In this document: one piece after another, positions 14,230-29,037 of the stretch
Layout: every line of letters starts with the position of its first letter
Position numbering within the stretch: the stretch's first letter is position 1
Translations under genes and position numbers: made by a program
Notes under the pieces: generated by a model
Told to the model about the DNA's origin: nothing
Database searches by the model: none
The model's input: the letters and a program-made list of their open reading frames with translations, nothing else
NCBI RefSeq assembly: GCF_009914755.1
Contig: NC_060936.1
Source of the DNA: the human T2T-CHM13v2.0 reference genome, Homo sapiens
DNA: 64,000 nucleotides
Reading direction: 5' to 3' (one strand)

Positions 14230-14669
14230 GTACACCCACAGACACAGGATGAGTCAGTGTAGCCCCTGAGCCCACCTCCTTCCTGGGTGTAGACAATCAG
14301 CACTGACCGCTGTCCGGGCCACTGAGAGGGTCTGGCAGTACTCGGGAGGCCTCAGCACCCTGTTGGGATCTCTGCTTTACTAATGACCTGCCGTGTGGCA
14401 CTAAGCAAGTCATCAACATCCTCTTAAAGAATTCAGAGAGCGCAGGCAGTGTGGTCAAAGAGGAAGAGGCATCAAAGAGTGGATCTAAGGTCAAGAAAAT
14501 GCTTGCAAGCTTCTGAGATTTTTCGCTTTCTATTATTCCATTTCATTACTGTTGGTGCTAATAATAGTAATGTTAAACAATTGAAAAATAAAGATCTTCC
14601 AGCTTCTAATTAAATCAGAATTTCCAGCAGCAGTTGCGGGGCGGGGGGGTGCAAGAGTTGATATTACTA

Positions 14670-14811
14670 TTTTTAGGGACAGGATCTTGCTCTGTCACCC
14701 AGGCTGGAGTGCAATGGTGCAATCATAGCTTACTGCAGCCTTGAACTCCTGGCCTCAAGTGATCCTCCCACCTGGGCCAGGAATTACAAGTGTGAGCCAC
14801 TGCACCTGACC
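14670..14811 (-). mobile_element. Alu monomer (FLAM/FRAM-like)
   Basis: Single ~140-bp arm: CTTGCTCTGTCACCCAGGCTGGAGTGCA...CTCAAGTGATCCTCCCACC...GTGAGCCACTGCACC. Confidence 0.75.
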
Positions 14812-17198
14812 TATTTTTAAAAAATAAAATAAACTACCAAAAATAAAGAAAAGCCCCGCAGGTGATTTGAACCTGCATCCACTGTTGAGAACCCGAAGTA
14901 GCCCCTTCACCTGGGCTCATGTGGTCTGGGACACAGTGCAGTCCGGCCAGGGCAGTACTGCCAGGTCTGGGGGGCTGATCTCCTGATTCCAGCGACTGCA
15001 GTGCTGGCCAGGCAGCCGGCCACCTGCCAGGAGATGGGGCATATGAGAGACCACTTAGCAAGTCTCAAAGGAATGATGCCCAGGGATTAGAGGGGATGTG
15101 GCTTAATTTACAGCAGGAGAAGATTGGGTTAGATCAAAGCCCCAGAAGGGTTCCCAGTGAATATCCGTCCTTTGTGATGTGGGGAACCCTGCTGCCATGG
15201 AAGCTGTGAGACTCTCACAGATGCCTTACTGGAGTTGTAGGGTTCTGGGTGCAGTGAACCCCCTTCCCAGCACTGAGTGGGAAGAAGTTGCAAGGCTTGT
15301 GTGGAGCCAGCTGTGGATAGCAAGGGCAATGGGCCAGGGACCAGCTTGGCTGCTCACTGACCTCAAACCCTGGGCACGTCCCTCCTCCTGCCTGGGCCAC
15401 AGTCTCCTTCCTGTCTATGATTTGAGGAGGGAGCATAGTGAGCGTAATGAGCCAATTCTCAGCCAGCCTGGGGCTTGTTTGTACACACTAGTCAATGCAG
15501 AAGACCCCGTTGGCCGGGGGTGGGGGTGAGGGGAGGATTGGCTAGAGTGAGGGCGCCCAGCATTCACCCTGGGGGGTGGAGCAGAGGTTAGGGGTACTTA
15601 CTGGTCTCTGGCAGAGTTGAGGGAAGCCAGACCCCTGTGCTGCCAGCCACTGCTCAGACTAAAGGCTTCCTGTGCCACCGAGTGGGCTGGAGGGAAGGGG
15701 AGAGCAGGGGAGATGGGCCTTATGAATGAAAGTTGCTTTGGGAGGGGGAAGGAGAGAAGGGGAAGGAAGGGGAGAGGGAGCGGGGAGAGCACAGAGGAAG
15801 GAAAAATGCAGTTTCATCTGCTTGTTTGTGTTTCTTGTATTTAAGATGCCGACTCCTAGCATATTTTTAAATCCATCAGACATGAAAGGCTGATTTAAAT
15901 AGACCCGCAGTGTGAAGCTGATGATTTCACTTGCCACAATAGGGAAGCTGGCAGGGCTCTGGCCAGGATCCAGCACCTCCCTCCTCGCCAGGGAAGCTGC
16001 CGAGCAAATCGCTCTGGGCTAGATAGACTTCCAAGCCAGGTGCTTTCCCCTCCCTGATGGGGACGTAGAAAGAGGAGGAGGGATGGTGGGGAAGAGGAGG
16101 AAGAAGTAGGACAGGGAGGAAAGTGAAGAAGAGACGGGTTAAAGGAGGGAAACTGAACTTGAGAAATGAACTAGCCCCCCGTCCTCCTGGGCCTGGAAAT
16201 CTTCCTAGCTCAGGTCATCCTGACTCCCTGTACCACCTGTGCTATATCCTCTCACTTCACCCTCAGATCCAGGACTGTGGGGTGTAGATGGGGGCCTTGT
16301 AATCCTTTGTACCTAATTTCCCAACTGCATTTCTAAGAGCAGAGCTTCAGAAAGTTCACCCTGTGAGGCAGCCTGTTTCCTTGCTAGACAGCACTGTTGG
16401 AGATAAACTCCTCCGTTGGGATAAATTGAAATCCTTTCGCTCTGCCATCACCAGTTCTAATCCGGCCCTCCTGAGTCCCTCAGAATAAGCTTAAAGCCAA
16501 AGTCAGCCCTTCATCCCCGAACTGCATACTCAGGTTCCCTCTCCAGCGCCAATCCTTCTATGCTGATTTCTAGTCTTTACCGTAAATTATTACAATGCAA
16601 ATCTCTGCAAAACCAACATATTTCTGGGTGTTAATTAATGTATCTCCTGCTATAGTCAATGCAACAAAATTCCAGGAACCACACAAGATTTTTGCCACTT
16701 GTTTCTGTTGTTGTTGTCATTCAACACACTCTGACGATCTACTCTGGGGCTAGGCGAGGGGCTCCTGTTGGCATACAGGATATGAAGGTCTGTCGACCAG
16801 AAGCTTGTCTACAGGGTGCGGGGCCACACTCAACAGAGAAGCATGTTCGTGGGCAGGGGTAGAAGGTCGAGGAGCACTGAGCACCCTCCCACTGCGGAGC
16901 TGAGAGTCGGGTGAGGTGGGGTGAGGCCCTCAGGGGAAGGAGGGTGGGAGTTATGGTAGAGGCATTTGTACGGCATGTTAATTTCTGCTTGTGCATTTCT
17001 AGCTGTTTCCTCCCCTGAAGCACAGTGAAGCACCAAATCCTGTACGTGAGCTTGTCTTCCTTTCCAGCTCTCTCATCTCTTAATATAACCTGAGACCAAC
17101 ACTGAGCGTCTTACAGCTTCAGTTGCTGGGGATCAAAGAGAATTGAATCCTTCCTTCATTCATGGAACACAAATGTTGTGACAGTGTTTCTTCTTAAA

Positions 17199-17345
17199 AT
17201 TTTTTATTGTGGTAAAATATACATACCATAAAATTTACAATTTTAACCATTTAAAAATGTACAATTCAACGTCATTAAGTATATTCCCAATAGTGTGTGC
17301 AACCATCACCACCATCCATCTCCAGAACTCTGTCATCATCCCAGT
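17199..17345 (-). mobile_element. Old L1M 3'-end fragment
   Basis: TTTTTATTGTGGTAAAATATACATA...GTACAATTCA...CAACCATCACCACCATCCATCTCCAGAAC is the typical antisense L1MA/MB terminus. Confidence 0.8.
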
Positions 17346-19939
17346 GTGAAAGTGTTTTAGAAACCATATATGTAAAGGCAGGTCAATTAGGAATGTGCTA
17401 GCTGAAGTCTTGACCGGACAGCAAATTCATCCATCCACCTACCTACTGTGTTTATGTACCAGGCTTGATAAATACAGAAACAAATGAGACCAGAACTACA
17501 AGGTAAGAACCTTGTCGTCTGTGATGCTGGGCCCCCTGTCCTACTTCAAAACAGAGTGGGAAGATAGAAAGGATTCTTAGATGAGTCTCTAATTGAAGGA
17601 ATTCAAGTTTTACTTATTCTCCTTTCCCAGGGAAATGGGAGGTGCTCTCACCCATGGCCTCAGCCTTTCCAGTTACCAAGAGGTGTGGGATTTTCTCTCT
17701 CTTTTGTATATTGTTTTGTTCTGGTCTCTTGCATGGGGAGACAGAGGACGATGTAATAACTATCATTTGTTTAGAGCCTTTCAGCTGACTAAGCTCTTTC
17801 CCAGGAGTTCTCTTTTGACCTTCACACGAGCCTGCGAGGGAGTAAGGCAGAGAGCACTATTTTGCAGATTTGAAAGCAGGCTCAGAACATCAAGCAGCTC
17901 CAGGTTTTGCCCAGGGCCACACAACTTGTGTGCAGGTCCTTATTCTGAGCAGGCCTTTGGGGCTAGAGGAAGCCGCTGAGAGAGCCACAGCTGGGTAAGG
18001 GCAAGGGAGGCTGCTTTCACAACAGGAAGGAGGAGAACAGGGCAGGGAAGCATCTTTTGTGTAGAGGCGTGGAGCCCAAGTCACATTGAGTTGTTGAGCT
18101 GCCTGTGGGTAATGGATTGCTACTAGTGGCAGCTGGGGAGGCCGCGGGGTGTTGAGACGGATGCTTTGTTGGGCACCACACTGTCTGAAAGGCAATTGAA
18201 TCGCAGCAGCTGGAACATGCCAACACTTTGTTTCAAAAGCAAGCAGCAGCAACTCATTGGCATCAGTGAGGCAAATCCTAAGGTCTACCTAGGCCACAGG
18301 TTAGGGACCTGGGACTCCAGTGGAGCAGCTCACCAGGGGGTGGGCCTTGTTCCTGAGAAAGGATGCTCTGCTCTCACTTGTTCCTACAAGTTGAATGTTA
18401 TTTGTCAGACACTGGACCAAACATGTGGCCACAGAGATGAATGCTCCTGCCCTCAGGAGCTCAGTCCAGTGCCTCTAAATTATTAGAGCCCTGTGGGCAG
18501 TGTGTATGAACAAGCACCATACAGAATGGCGCAATTTGCTTCAGTGCAGAGTGGCCTGGAGAGCCCATGCGCCTGATGTTGGGCCACACCCTGACACTCT
18601 GCCCTTGACCTAGTGCAGCACGTGCTCAGTGAATCCCATCATGTTTCCCAAATTCATTCTGAGCTTCACATGTTTTGATTTCTATTTATAAATGTTTCTT
18701 TAAAAATCCCATTCTCTCTGTCTATGGTCTTCAGGCATTTTTGCTTAGCACCGCAGTGTTGTTTATGGGTGGTATTTGTTATAGGTCAGATGGATCCACT
18801 CATAATTCATTATGATAGCACAGGCCTCACTGGTCCTAGGAGTCCTGAGTTGCTGGGAGAGGAGTCTCCCGGTGCTACGACAAGAGCCTGCAAGTACCAC
18901 GTTCAAACCAGAGCCAAAGCCTTGATGAAGTCCCAGCTCTGAGAGGGGGTCAGTTCTTGGACCTGACTCAGCCCTAGCCCCAGAACGATAAATGACACAC
19001 TTTGCCCAAGCTCCTCAGTTTCTACATTGGTTTCGGGTCCTCTGCCAAGCACCATATGGTTTCCCAATCCCTGTCATTTCTAGCAATGTTCTCCCTAAGT
19101 AGGGCACTTTGATTAAATTGGTTCCACTGAATTGTAGAAAAGGTGGAGTTATGATGTTCTTTGTCACTGCTATTGTTAGTAATTAATATGTCTATTAATA
19201 GAAACATCAACAGAGTTAGGAAGTGGGGGAGGAGATTTAGAAGGTGGTTGTATCCTGTTAACCCTCTCCCCTGCCAGATAAGAAGGGACAGAATAACCAA
19301 TAAAGTAAAAATCCCATGGCTTTTGACTAAACTTTGTTGGAATTTGTGCAGCCTCTTTCTGCTCCCCAGAGGAAGGGAGGAGAGGTGGCAGTGCTCCTAG
19401 GGCCAGCTCAGAAACCAAGCTCGGGCTTTGATCACAACCAGCAACAACAGGCTACTTAAGTCTTGGGTTTTGTATGCATGTGTACCCATAATTTCATTAT
19501 TTTGAAGTAATTAAGCTGGCTTTTTTAAAGAAAAGCTTCAGATTTGCCCTGATTTGCAGTCTTCCCCTGCAATCCCTTTTGAGTAAAGCTTTGCAGGATG
19601 ACTGAATTCTTAGAAGGACAGGGAAGATTGTCTGAGCACGTCTGGCCTCTCTTTACTTCCCCTGAGAGACCGGATAACTCCTTGGGCAGCTCACCTCCTC
19701 CAGAAGGGCAATAGAAGCTCAGGAAGAGGGGAGGCGTTCTCAGACCTGAAGGGCCTCCTCCTTCTTAGAATCCAGAAGAAACGAGAGACCTTAGAGAGGA
19801 GGGTAGAGGTCAAGCTAAAGAAAAAGGCCAGAGTCCTAGCTGGGTTGTGTGAAGTAGGAGAAAGAAAGCAGAGATCGGCAAGCAGAATTTGGTTTGTGCA
19901 CAGGACAGGTGGCTACCAATCTTACTCTTTGAGACTTTA

Positions 19940-21925
<1,986 letters not shown>

Positions 21926-22909
21926 TGAGGTCTTTGAGAATAGAGAAGGCAGCTTTGTCCTAAATATTTGACTGCCATAACCTATTATAGTGGTTAATAT
22001 CCAATAACTAGGGACTCATTCCTTGGAGTTAAAGGTTTGCCTCCCCTACAGTTCTTCGTTAAAGTATAAATATGTCCCTGGAAGCCACCAATTGTGTTGC
22101 AATTCCATTTAGCTGAAGTTGGTTTAAGCTCCGTTGGAGCAGTGACTGCTAGTGACAGAGACAAACGGTTGAGCCATTTTTGATAGATTATATAGGTATG
22201 GCCTGGCCTGGGCCCAGGAGGAAAGCAGGGAGAAGAAGCATCTCAGAGTGGGTAGAAGTATTAAGAATAGAGAAAGAGTATAGGATGAGGAGCAGGGAGA
22301 AAGCTAAGGTATCACAGGGGCACTAAAAAAGTATCGCAGGGGAACAAAAAAAGTCCCACAGAGAGTGTGGGAAACAAATGCTAGACAAGGAGCAAAGCAA
22401 CTGGGGCACTGCGTTGTGATGAGGTTCTTGGTTTGGCAACTCAGCACTGAGGGCAGCATCAGCCCCTAGAAGAAGCAAAAGGTATAAGAACAGGGAAGCA
22501 GGCAAGAGCCGGGGATGGCAATGAGCACAGGCCATTCATTGGTAAATACCCAGGAGTTGTGACCAGGTCTGAGCTGCCGAGTGATTCCTGGACTACCACA
22601 GAGAGGGAGGGAGAGAGGGCTGGGTGCTGAGATCAGGCAACAGGCACTGGAAGGCATAGGCACTGATAGAAAAACCAGGAAACTAGGAAACTCATAGGAA
22701 CAAAGAACAGCAAGAGGCAAGCCAGATATGAGCTCAGAACTCAGGCAAACGGGCTGGGCAAACAGATGCTCAAATGAGGTTGTGTTTGTGAAAGTGCCCA
22801 GTTCTGGGCAGATGCTTAGTAACTGTTAGCTGGTTCTAAATATAAAACTGAAGCAAGGCAAGTGGCCAGGACAGCAACTCAATGTTGACAACAAAAATAG
22901 CCCCTACGT

Positions 22910-23085
22910 ATTAACACCTCTTATATTCTGGGCACGTTGCTAGGTACTTTACATACATTACCTCATCTAATACTAAAATGACCCTGTGAGGTACACATCG
23001 AAAATTCCAGTCTATAGATGAATGTGGATCCTGGTTAAGTGACTTGCTCAAGGCCATTACAACGATGTGAATGACACAGAGCCAG
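22910..23085 (-). mobile_element. MIR SINE fragment
   Basis: …GCTAGGTACTTTACATACATTACCTCATCTAAT…GGTTAAGTGACTTGCTCAAGG, MIR core in reverse. Confidence 0.65.
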
Positions 23086-23230
23086 AAGTTTCCTCTGGCA
23101 GCCTCTGGGCCACAGTGACAGCCCAGGGTGGCTCTGATCAACATGGTGGCTTAAAAGGAATGGGAGGAGGGGAGCTGAGAGCTGGGGACAAGGAACTTCT
23201 CAGAGTTCCTCTGGAGTCCCAATCCTCCAC

Positions 23231-23395
23231 TTTTTTTAAAGACAGAACCTCACTCTGTCCCTCAGGCTGGAGTGCAGTGGCACCATCATAGCTCACTTTA
23301 ACCTCAAACTCCTGGGCTCAGGTGATCCTCCTGGCTCAGCCTCCTGAGTAGCTAAAGCTACAGGCTCACGCCACCATGCTCTGCTAATTTTCAAT

Positions 23396-23438
<43 letters not shown>

Positions 23439-23546
23439 TTGTAGTGGTCGGGTCTTGCTGTGTTACTCAGGCTGGTATCAAACTTCTGGTCTCAAATGAT
23501 CCTCTGACTCAGCTGGGATTACAGGTGTGAGCCACCACACTCGGCC
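23231..23546 (-). mobile_element. AluJ with linker expanded to (TTTA)n (23395-23440)
   Basis: Antisense Alu arms separated by ~11 TTTA units. Confidence 0.9.
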
Positions 23547-25893
23547 CCCTCCTCTTTTTAAAAGGGGGGTTGGGGAAGAGAGCATCAGAGGCCTGAAGAC
23601 CCTCCCTGCTCCTTTCTCTCTCCTTTGAAGAATCATGGTGATTTATCCCACATGCCAGAAGGCCAGGCACTAGGTCACTAGGGCCACCCTTCCCTGCCTT
23701 AAACCTTGCATGGCCTGTTTCTAAATGGAAGAATGCAGCGGAAAGCAGGGGCAAGGAATTAGGAATAAAGACACTTGTGGGGTTAGGGAACCCCAGGAAT
23801 GGTCTGTTTGCCCCATAAATCCCAATAGCTATATCTGCTTTCTGTCAAAAGCAGAAGAGTGAGTTTACTTCCTCCATGGCCACCATGATCTTCTATCCTT
23901 CCTTTCCCTTCCCGCACATGACACACACAACACACACGTGCATGCGCGCGTGCACACACACACACACACACACATTGGAGGGCCACCTCTGGGTGACCCA
24001 TGCATCCCCTCTCCCTGCCTCATCCTATTAGTGGGACCACCACCACTGCTCTTCCCTAGGGGAAGGGAGTTTCCTGTGAATTCTCTTTAACCTTGGACTG
24101 GGGTCCAGGGCCAGCCTATGATGGAAAATAAATATGTCATCCTGTGCATCTGAGCAAGAGCTCAAAGCATCGGATATCCCATCCCCTCATTTTACTGATG
24201 TGGTGGGGACCAAAGAGGGAGCGGGCTTGCTTAGGATCACGGAGCGCCTTCTGGTACCCAGTCCTCATTTTTGTTCCGCACCCTCCACGGGCTCTCTGGT
24301 TCCTGCAAGTGCTCAGTGAAAGACAGAAGTCTGCAAAAAAGAGGTAGGTACTTGCCTGGTGACCCAGAGAGCCTCTGACTGTTTTGGGAGTCTGGAAGGA
24401 GGCTATTGGAACGCCTTGAGAACTCTGGCCAGTGGCCTCTCCCCCATCCACGTGGCTGTGTGGGGTTGTCTTCAACTATCTTGTTGGAAGCCTGTGGACA
24501 CTTTCTGCCCCTCTCCCTCTCTGTGTGCCCCACTTGGGTGTGGACCACCCACTTTCCTGTGGGGGCCTGGGTCTGCAGGCCCAGTGATTGGCAGTTGTCT
24601 TTGTAATAACTTTCATTCGACTTCCTACTCAGGGCAAGAGTGCTGTAACAGCTGGCTAGTGATGCCGGAGCTGGCTGGGAACCCACCACCACCCAGCTGC
24701 AGGAATCTCACGGGGCCCAGATCATTCCCCCAGTCCAAATGCCCTGTGCTATTGCAATCGGGGGTGCTGAAGCCAGCAGCTACATTCTGTTCACTTCTCA
24801 AACACCAGCAAAATGTCAACATCACAGCCACACTGAAAAAAAAATACAGTGTTCTGAAATAAAGTAAAAGAAAATAAAATGAAGTCAGTAACTAAGGCCC
24901 TCGCGCTGGGCCCCACTGCCTGCATGTCAGTCTACCCTGTTAATCATCACGTATGATTTTTCAAAGATCTATTTTGAGAAACATTTAGAAAATGGCTTGT
25001 ATATAGCTATATATGCCTCATTTATACCCTCCAGAAATGGTCGCTTTGTTTAGCGGCAGATGGCTTTTCTTCCACTAGTTCTCTTTTCATTTCTCAGTCA
25101 AAGTTAAGTAGGAAGTCAACCTACTCCCTAACCCCAGGCACACACTTATCACCCACAGTCCACCCTGGAGTCAGGGTTGTAGGTGGGGGGTGAGAAGGAA
25201 AGGCTGTGGGTTCTCCCTAAGGCACTGTTCCACAAAACCCAAGGGGACAAAGGCAGCGGGCATGGTGCTGAGAGGGAAGGCTCAAAGCTGGGATTAAGGA
25301 AAGAGCAGAGCCCCTGGGTAGGGGGTAGAATAGGATGTGGCTGCCCTGGTTTGCTGCAGTCAACAACTCGGGTATCTCAAGGTCCACGAAGCATGTATAA
25401 GACTATCCCTTTGGCCGCCGCAGAACAGGGGCCAAGAAAGATTAACTACCCCGGTGGCACCTGAGTGCTGTACCTTTGGCCTGCAGGAAGCCGCAAGTCG
25501 AGCCCTGCATAGTTGTCACGGCAACAGCAGTGCTGAGGCTCCTAAGGGCAAGGGGAGGAGAAGGGGGCGTGGAGAAGGCACGTGGTGGCTTTTCTGGAAA
25601 AGCCCATCTGTTTCTTTCCCCTAGGAAACTAAGTCGGGGAAAACAACAACAACAACAAAGCAGGGACAGGCATCTGGGGTCTAGAAAGAGAAAGGAGAGA
25701 AAAGACTCTGAGATGCTCCAAGAGCAGCTCTCCTGATGGGATGTGCTTCCCTTCCTTTTGGGGGAGGTGAGTGACTGACAAAGAAAAGGACTGGGCGGGC
25801 CCCGGTGGGTGGCATCTGTGCAGGAGCCGTGTGCAGGATCAGGGCAGGCTCTGTGACCTCAGGTTTGCTGGGGGCAGTCCTTGTAGGACCCTA

Positions 25894-25978
25894 TCAGCCA
25901 CAGCAGGATTTCTTCTTAGCAGGGTGGCCGACCTGAATGGTGTCCTCTCTCACTGTGTCTTCTTGCTCCTTGAGGAAC
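25894..25978 (-). CDS. CRACR2A: CRACR2A long isoform (Rab46) last coding exon: (R)[27 protein letters not shown]
   Basis: Acceptor TCTTCCCCTCTCCCAG at 25979-25994; 85 nt = 1 + 28 codons; polybasic + CC prenylation motif; TGA at 25894-25896 followed by TAG. Confidence 0.96.
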
Positions 25979-27492
25979 CTGGGAGAGGGGAAGAGATCGT
26001 GTCAGTGATGGAGAAGTTGATAGGCCCAGGGGCTGGCAACCTGGACAAGCTACCCTCAGGTTACAGGTCATCTGGGCCATATGGAGAGAACCCACCCTCA
26101 CCACGGCATCAGAGAGAGTCCTGAACATCCCCCCCTGGACAGTACAGGTGCACAGCTGTAATTGTAAAGCCAGAGAGTTTAGTTGACATGGATCCTTCAA
26201 GACACCTCCTCCAGGAAGCCTCTCCTGATCCTCTAGGTAAGCCTAAGTGCCCCTGACAGCATCTGACCCTTCCTCTGTCATGACCCCATCACCCAGTGTC
26301 ACAATGCGTGACTTCCCTGGCTGTCTCCCTCGGCAGAAAATGAGTTGCTTGGGACTGAGACTTATCTTTTGTCTCTGTGCCTCTGCAGCTTATCACAGTA
26401 ACCAGCACACAGGTGAGGCTCCAAAATATACTGATGGGTCGTAACCTCTGCAGTAGGGCTGTGCCATGTGGCCACAGCTCCAGATTAATTGTAGGAGGTG
26501 AGGAATTAAAAATAATGGTAAACACCTGTCTCTTCTCTATACTTTCCAAACGCTTTTGCGTTACGCACCTCCTTTGATTCTCTCAACAACCTGTGAGTGG
26601 GCAGGAAAGGAAGGTGTGATTGATGTTCCTACCTTCCTGACAAAGCTCAGAGAGGCAGGGCATTTGCCCAGGGAGTCAGGGGCAGAGAAAAGCCTAGAAT
26701 GTTTCCTTGTGATACTCCATAACCCTATAACCTCGCCAATGCATAGAGGAGTTGTTCTGGGCTCTTAATTACTCAAAGAAAAATATTTTTAAGTGCCCCA
26801 GAATGAGTGCTGAGCACAAAATGGGCTCTGTTAAGTATTTGCTGGACGGATGAATAGATGGAATGAAATGAAGGCCTAGATGGATGAATGAATGAGTGAA
26901 TTCTTAAGTATCAGAAATGAGTCCCAGCATGGTTTTGTTGTTTAAATTTTTGGTGTAGGCAGGGCCTTAAGGAACCAGTCTTTTCATGCTACCAGCACCA
27001 TTACCTTGGTTACCTCCCATTGATTTCCCATCACAGCCCCTCTTCTTTCTGGTTTCTACACCCACTCCTTCCTCCCACACCCAGGAACTCATATTATAAC
27101 CCATTCTTGCCTCCAGCTGGCTTCCAGCTAGTCCCTGCTAAGACATCAGCCAGTGCTGAGGGGCCTCTGATCTGGCCTTCCCCCAGAAGGATTGGCATTT
27201 AAAAAGAGCATCCCTAGGAAAAGGCAGCCTTTAAGACTAAGAAGAAGACTGCAATGGGGGTGACAGGTAGGGATGCTTTCTTTCCCAACATCATTGTTTC
27301 AGAAAGCTGCTCCTGATGTTGCAATCCCATACAAAGGCCCAGGACCCCGTTGCCTATACTCAGAGGGCTCTGGCCAATAGGGAGGAAGGGGGGTCAGAGG
27401 TGTGGCCTGGGTGGAGGGAAACACGGTGCCTCCCTGAAGGCAGACACAGCTGGACACAGCAGTTACTGCACCTGGGGAGCACATCTCTTTAC

Positions 27493-27569
27493 CTGGCCAG
27501 ATGGAGCAGGGACTCTTTGGTGTTGTGACCAGAGTAGGCGCTGCATTCATAGAAGATCAGATTGTTCTC
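27493..27569 (-). CDS. CRACR2A: CRACR2A exon, Rab G5 (ENNLIFYECSAYSGHNTKESLLHLA-R)
   Basis: TAG acceptor, AG|GTAAAG donor, 77 nt, phase 0 to 2, fits neighbouring exons. Confidence 0.96.
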
Positions 27570-28739
27570 CTAGAATCATAAAACAGAGCGAATACAAGAG
27601 TATTGGAGTGAGAGGGGATTGTGGGGGGTGGTGGGAGAGCCCCCTTGTGCATCTACCTACAGCCTTCACTTCCTCTCGCAGCCCCTTGACCTTCCTCATA
27701 ATCCTTCCCCACTCTGTACATGGCTGATTTCTGTCTCCACAGCCTCCCTGACAATGCAAGCTCTGTAACCATCTCCCAGGTGAGCTATAACAATTGTAAA
27801 ACAATGAAACCATACGCTGTCTTAGTTCCTCTTTACACTTTCCCAAATTCCTCTCAAGTACACACATGCTCATTCCAGGTTACACCAGCCCTGTGATTCA
27901 GGCAAAGACACAAAGGCCAGGGTGGGCAATATTCTTCCCCCTTTCACAGGCAGATAAGCTGTAGTGAGAGAGGGCACTTGGCTGGCTTGTTCAGTCCCAC
28001 ATTGAGTTAATGGCAGAGCTCCTTGCAGCATGCTTTTCCCAAGACAGTGGCATTCCATAGGCCTTGGGGACAGGTGTCATGAGGCACTCCGGTAGGAATT
28101 CTCTTTCGCACCAGTTAATTAATACTCTAGCTGCCCTGGCTGTCAGCACTGGTGCACCAGACTGGCCGTCAGCTCATTAGGATGAGGTTGTGCTGCCTGC
28201 ATGGTGCGGGAGCCCTTGGTTAAGGCTCATCATATTCCATTGATCACTCCCATTAATAGATTACTGGTGTCATTATGACAATGCTGATGGCACAGGGCCC
28301 TGGCTTTTAGATGGCCTGTTCTTGGAGGCTGATGCCCTGAGGGGATGCAGGCCAGTTGAGTGAGGACAGTTCTGTGGCTGTAGCTCAGGAGGCTCTGCCA
28401 TGCTCCCAGTGCAGCTTTCCCCATCTACACCCACAGGCCAGCTCGACCCTCTGCCCTTTTCACCCAGCCCCATGGGCTCTATTTCTCCTTGTCTGCATTT
28501 CTCTCAGATCTGCAATCTCTTGGGTCAGTCTGTCAAAGAGTAGAAGTTCCATGGGGTGGGAATAGTGGGGAGGGGAGAGAAGGACATAGGACTTAGAACT
28601 GGAAGACATGATTTGCTTTCCTGCTTTGAGTTCTGACCCCACCTCGGGTGAGCTGTGATAATACGAATGTATCACTTAACTCCCGAGTCTTAGTTTTTTT
28701 TTCACTAACAAAAAAAAAAAAAAGAAAAGAAAAGAGAAT

Positions 28740-29037
28740 GGATAGAATCTTTGGGTCCAGGTATATTTTGAAATCCAGAATTTTCTGAATCTTAGAAAGG
28801 TAATACATGTATATACCATATATTATATAATACCCTCAGTGGATTTCAGACAGCACTCTATAATCAAATATATTACTATTTCTTCAGTGAAACCTTTGAA
28901 TATTCACTCAAAGTGAGGTTACAACCATGAATAGCCTCGTGTCATTTCTGGTCAGATTTTTCTGCCAGATAAAATACAAAACAACCCTTTCTGTTTTCAG
29001 AGCTTTTTGGATTTCGGAATTGTGGACATGTAACTGT
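28740..29037. mobile_element. MER46C-like DNA transposon remnant (approximate)
   Basis: AT-rich body ending TTTTCAGAGCTTTTTGGATTTCGGAATTGTGG; recognised from recall only. Confidence 0.5.

Noticed and set aside
18329-18343. CTCF-like TCACCAGGGGGTGG between the convergent genes
   Set aside because: Partial match only; needs a PWM score or ChIP data.
24359-24878. 167-aa plus ORF ending in two AATAAA, read as an antisense gene
   Set aside because: The peptide is featureless; the A-rich tract is better explained as the minus-strand polypyrimidine tract with a branch point.
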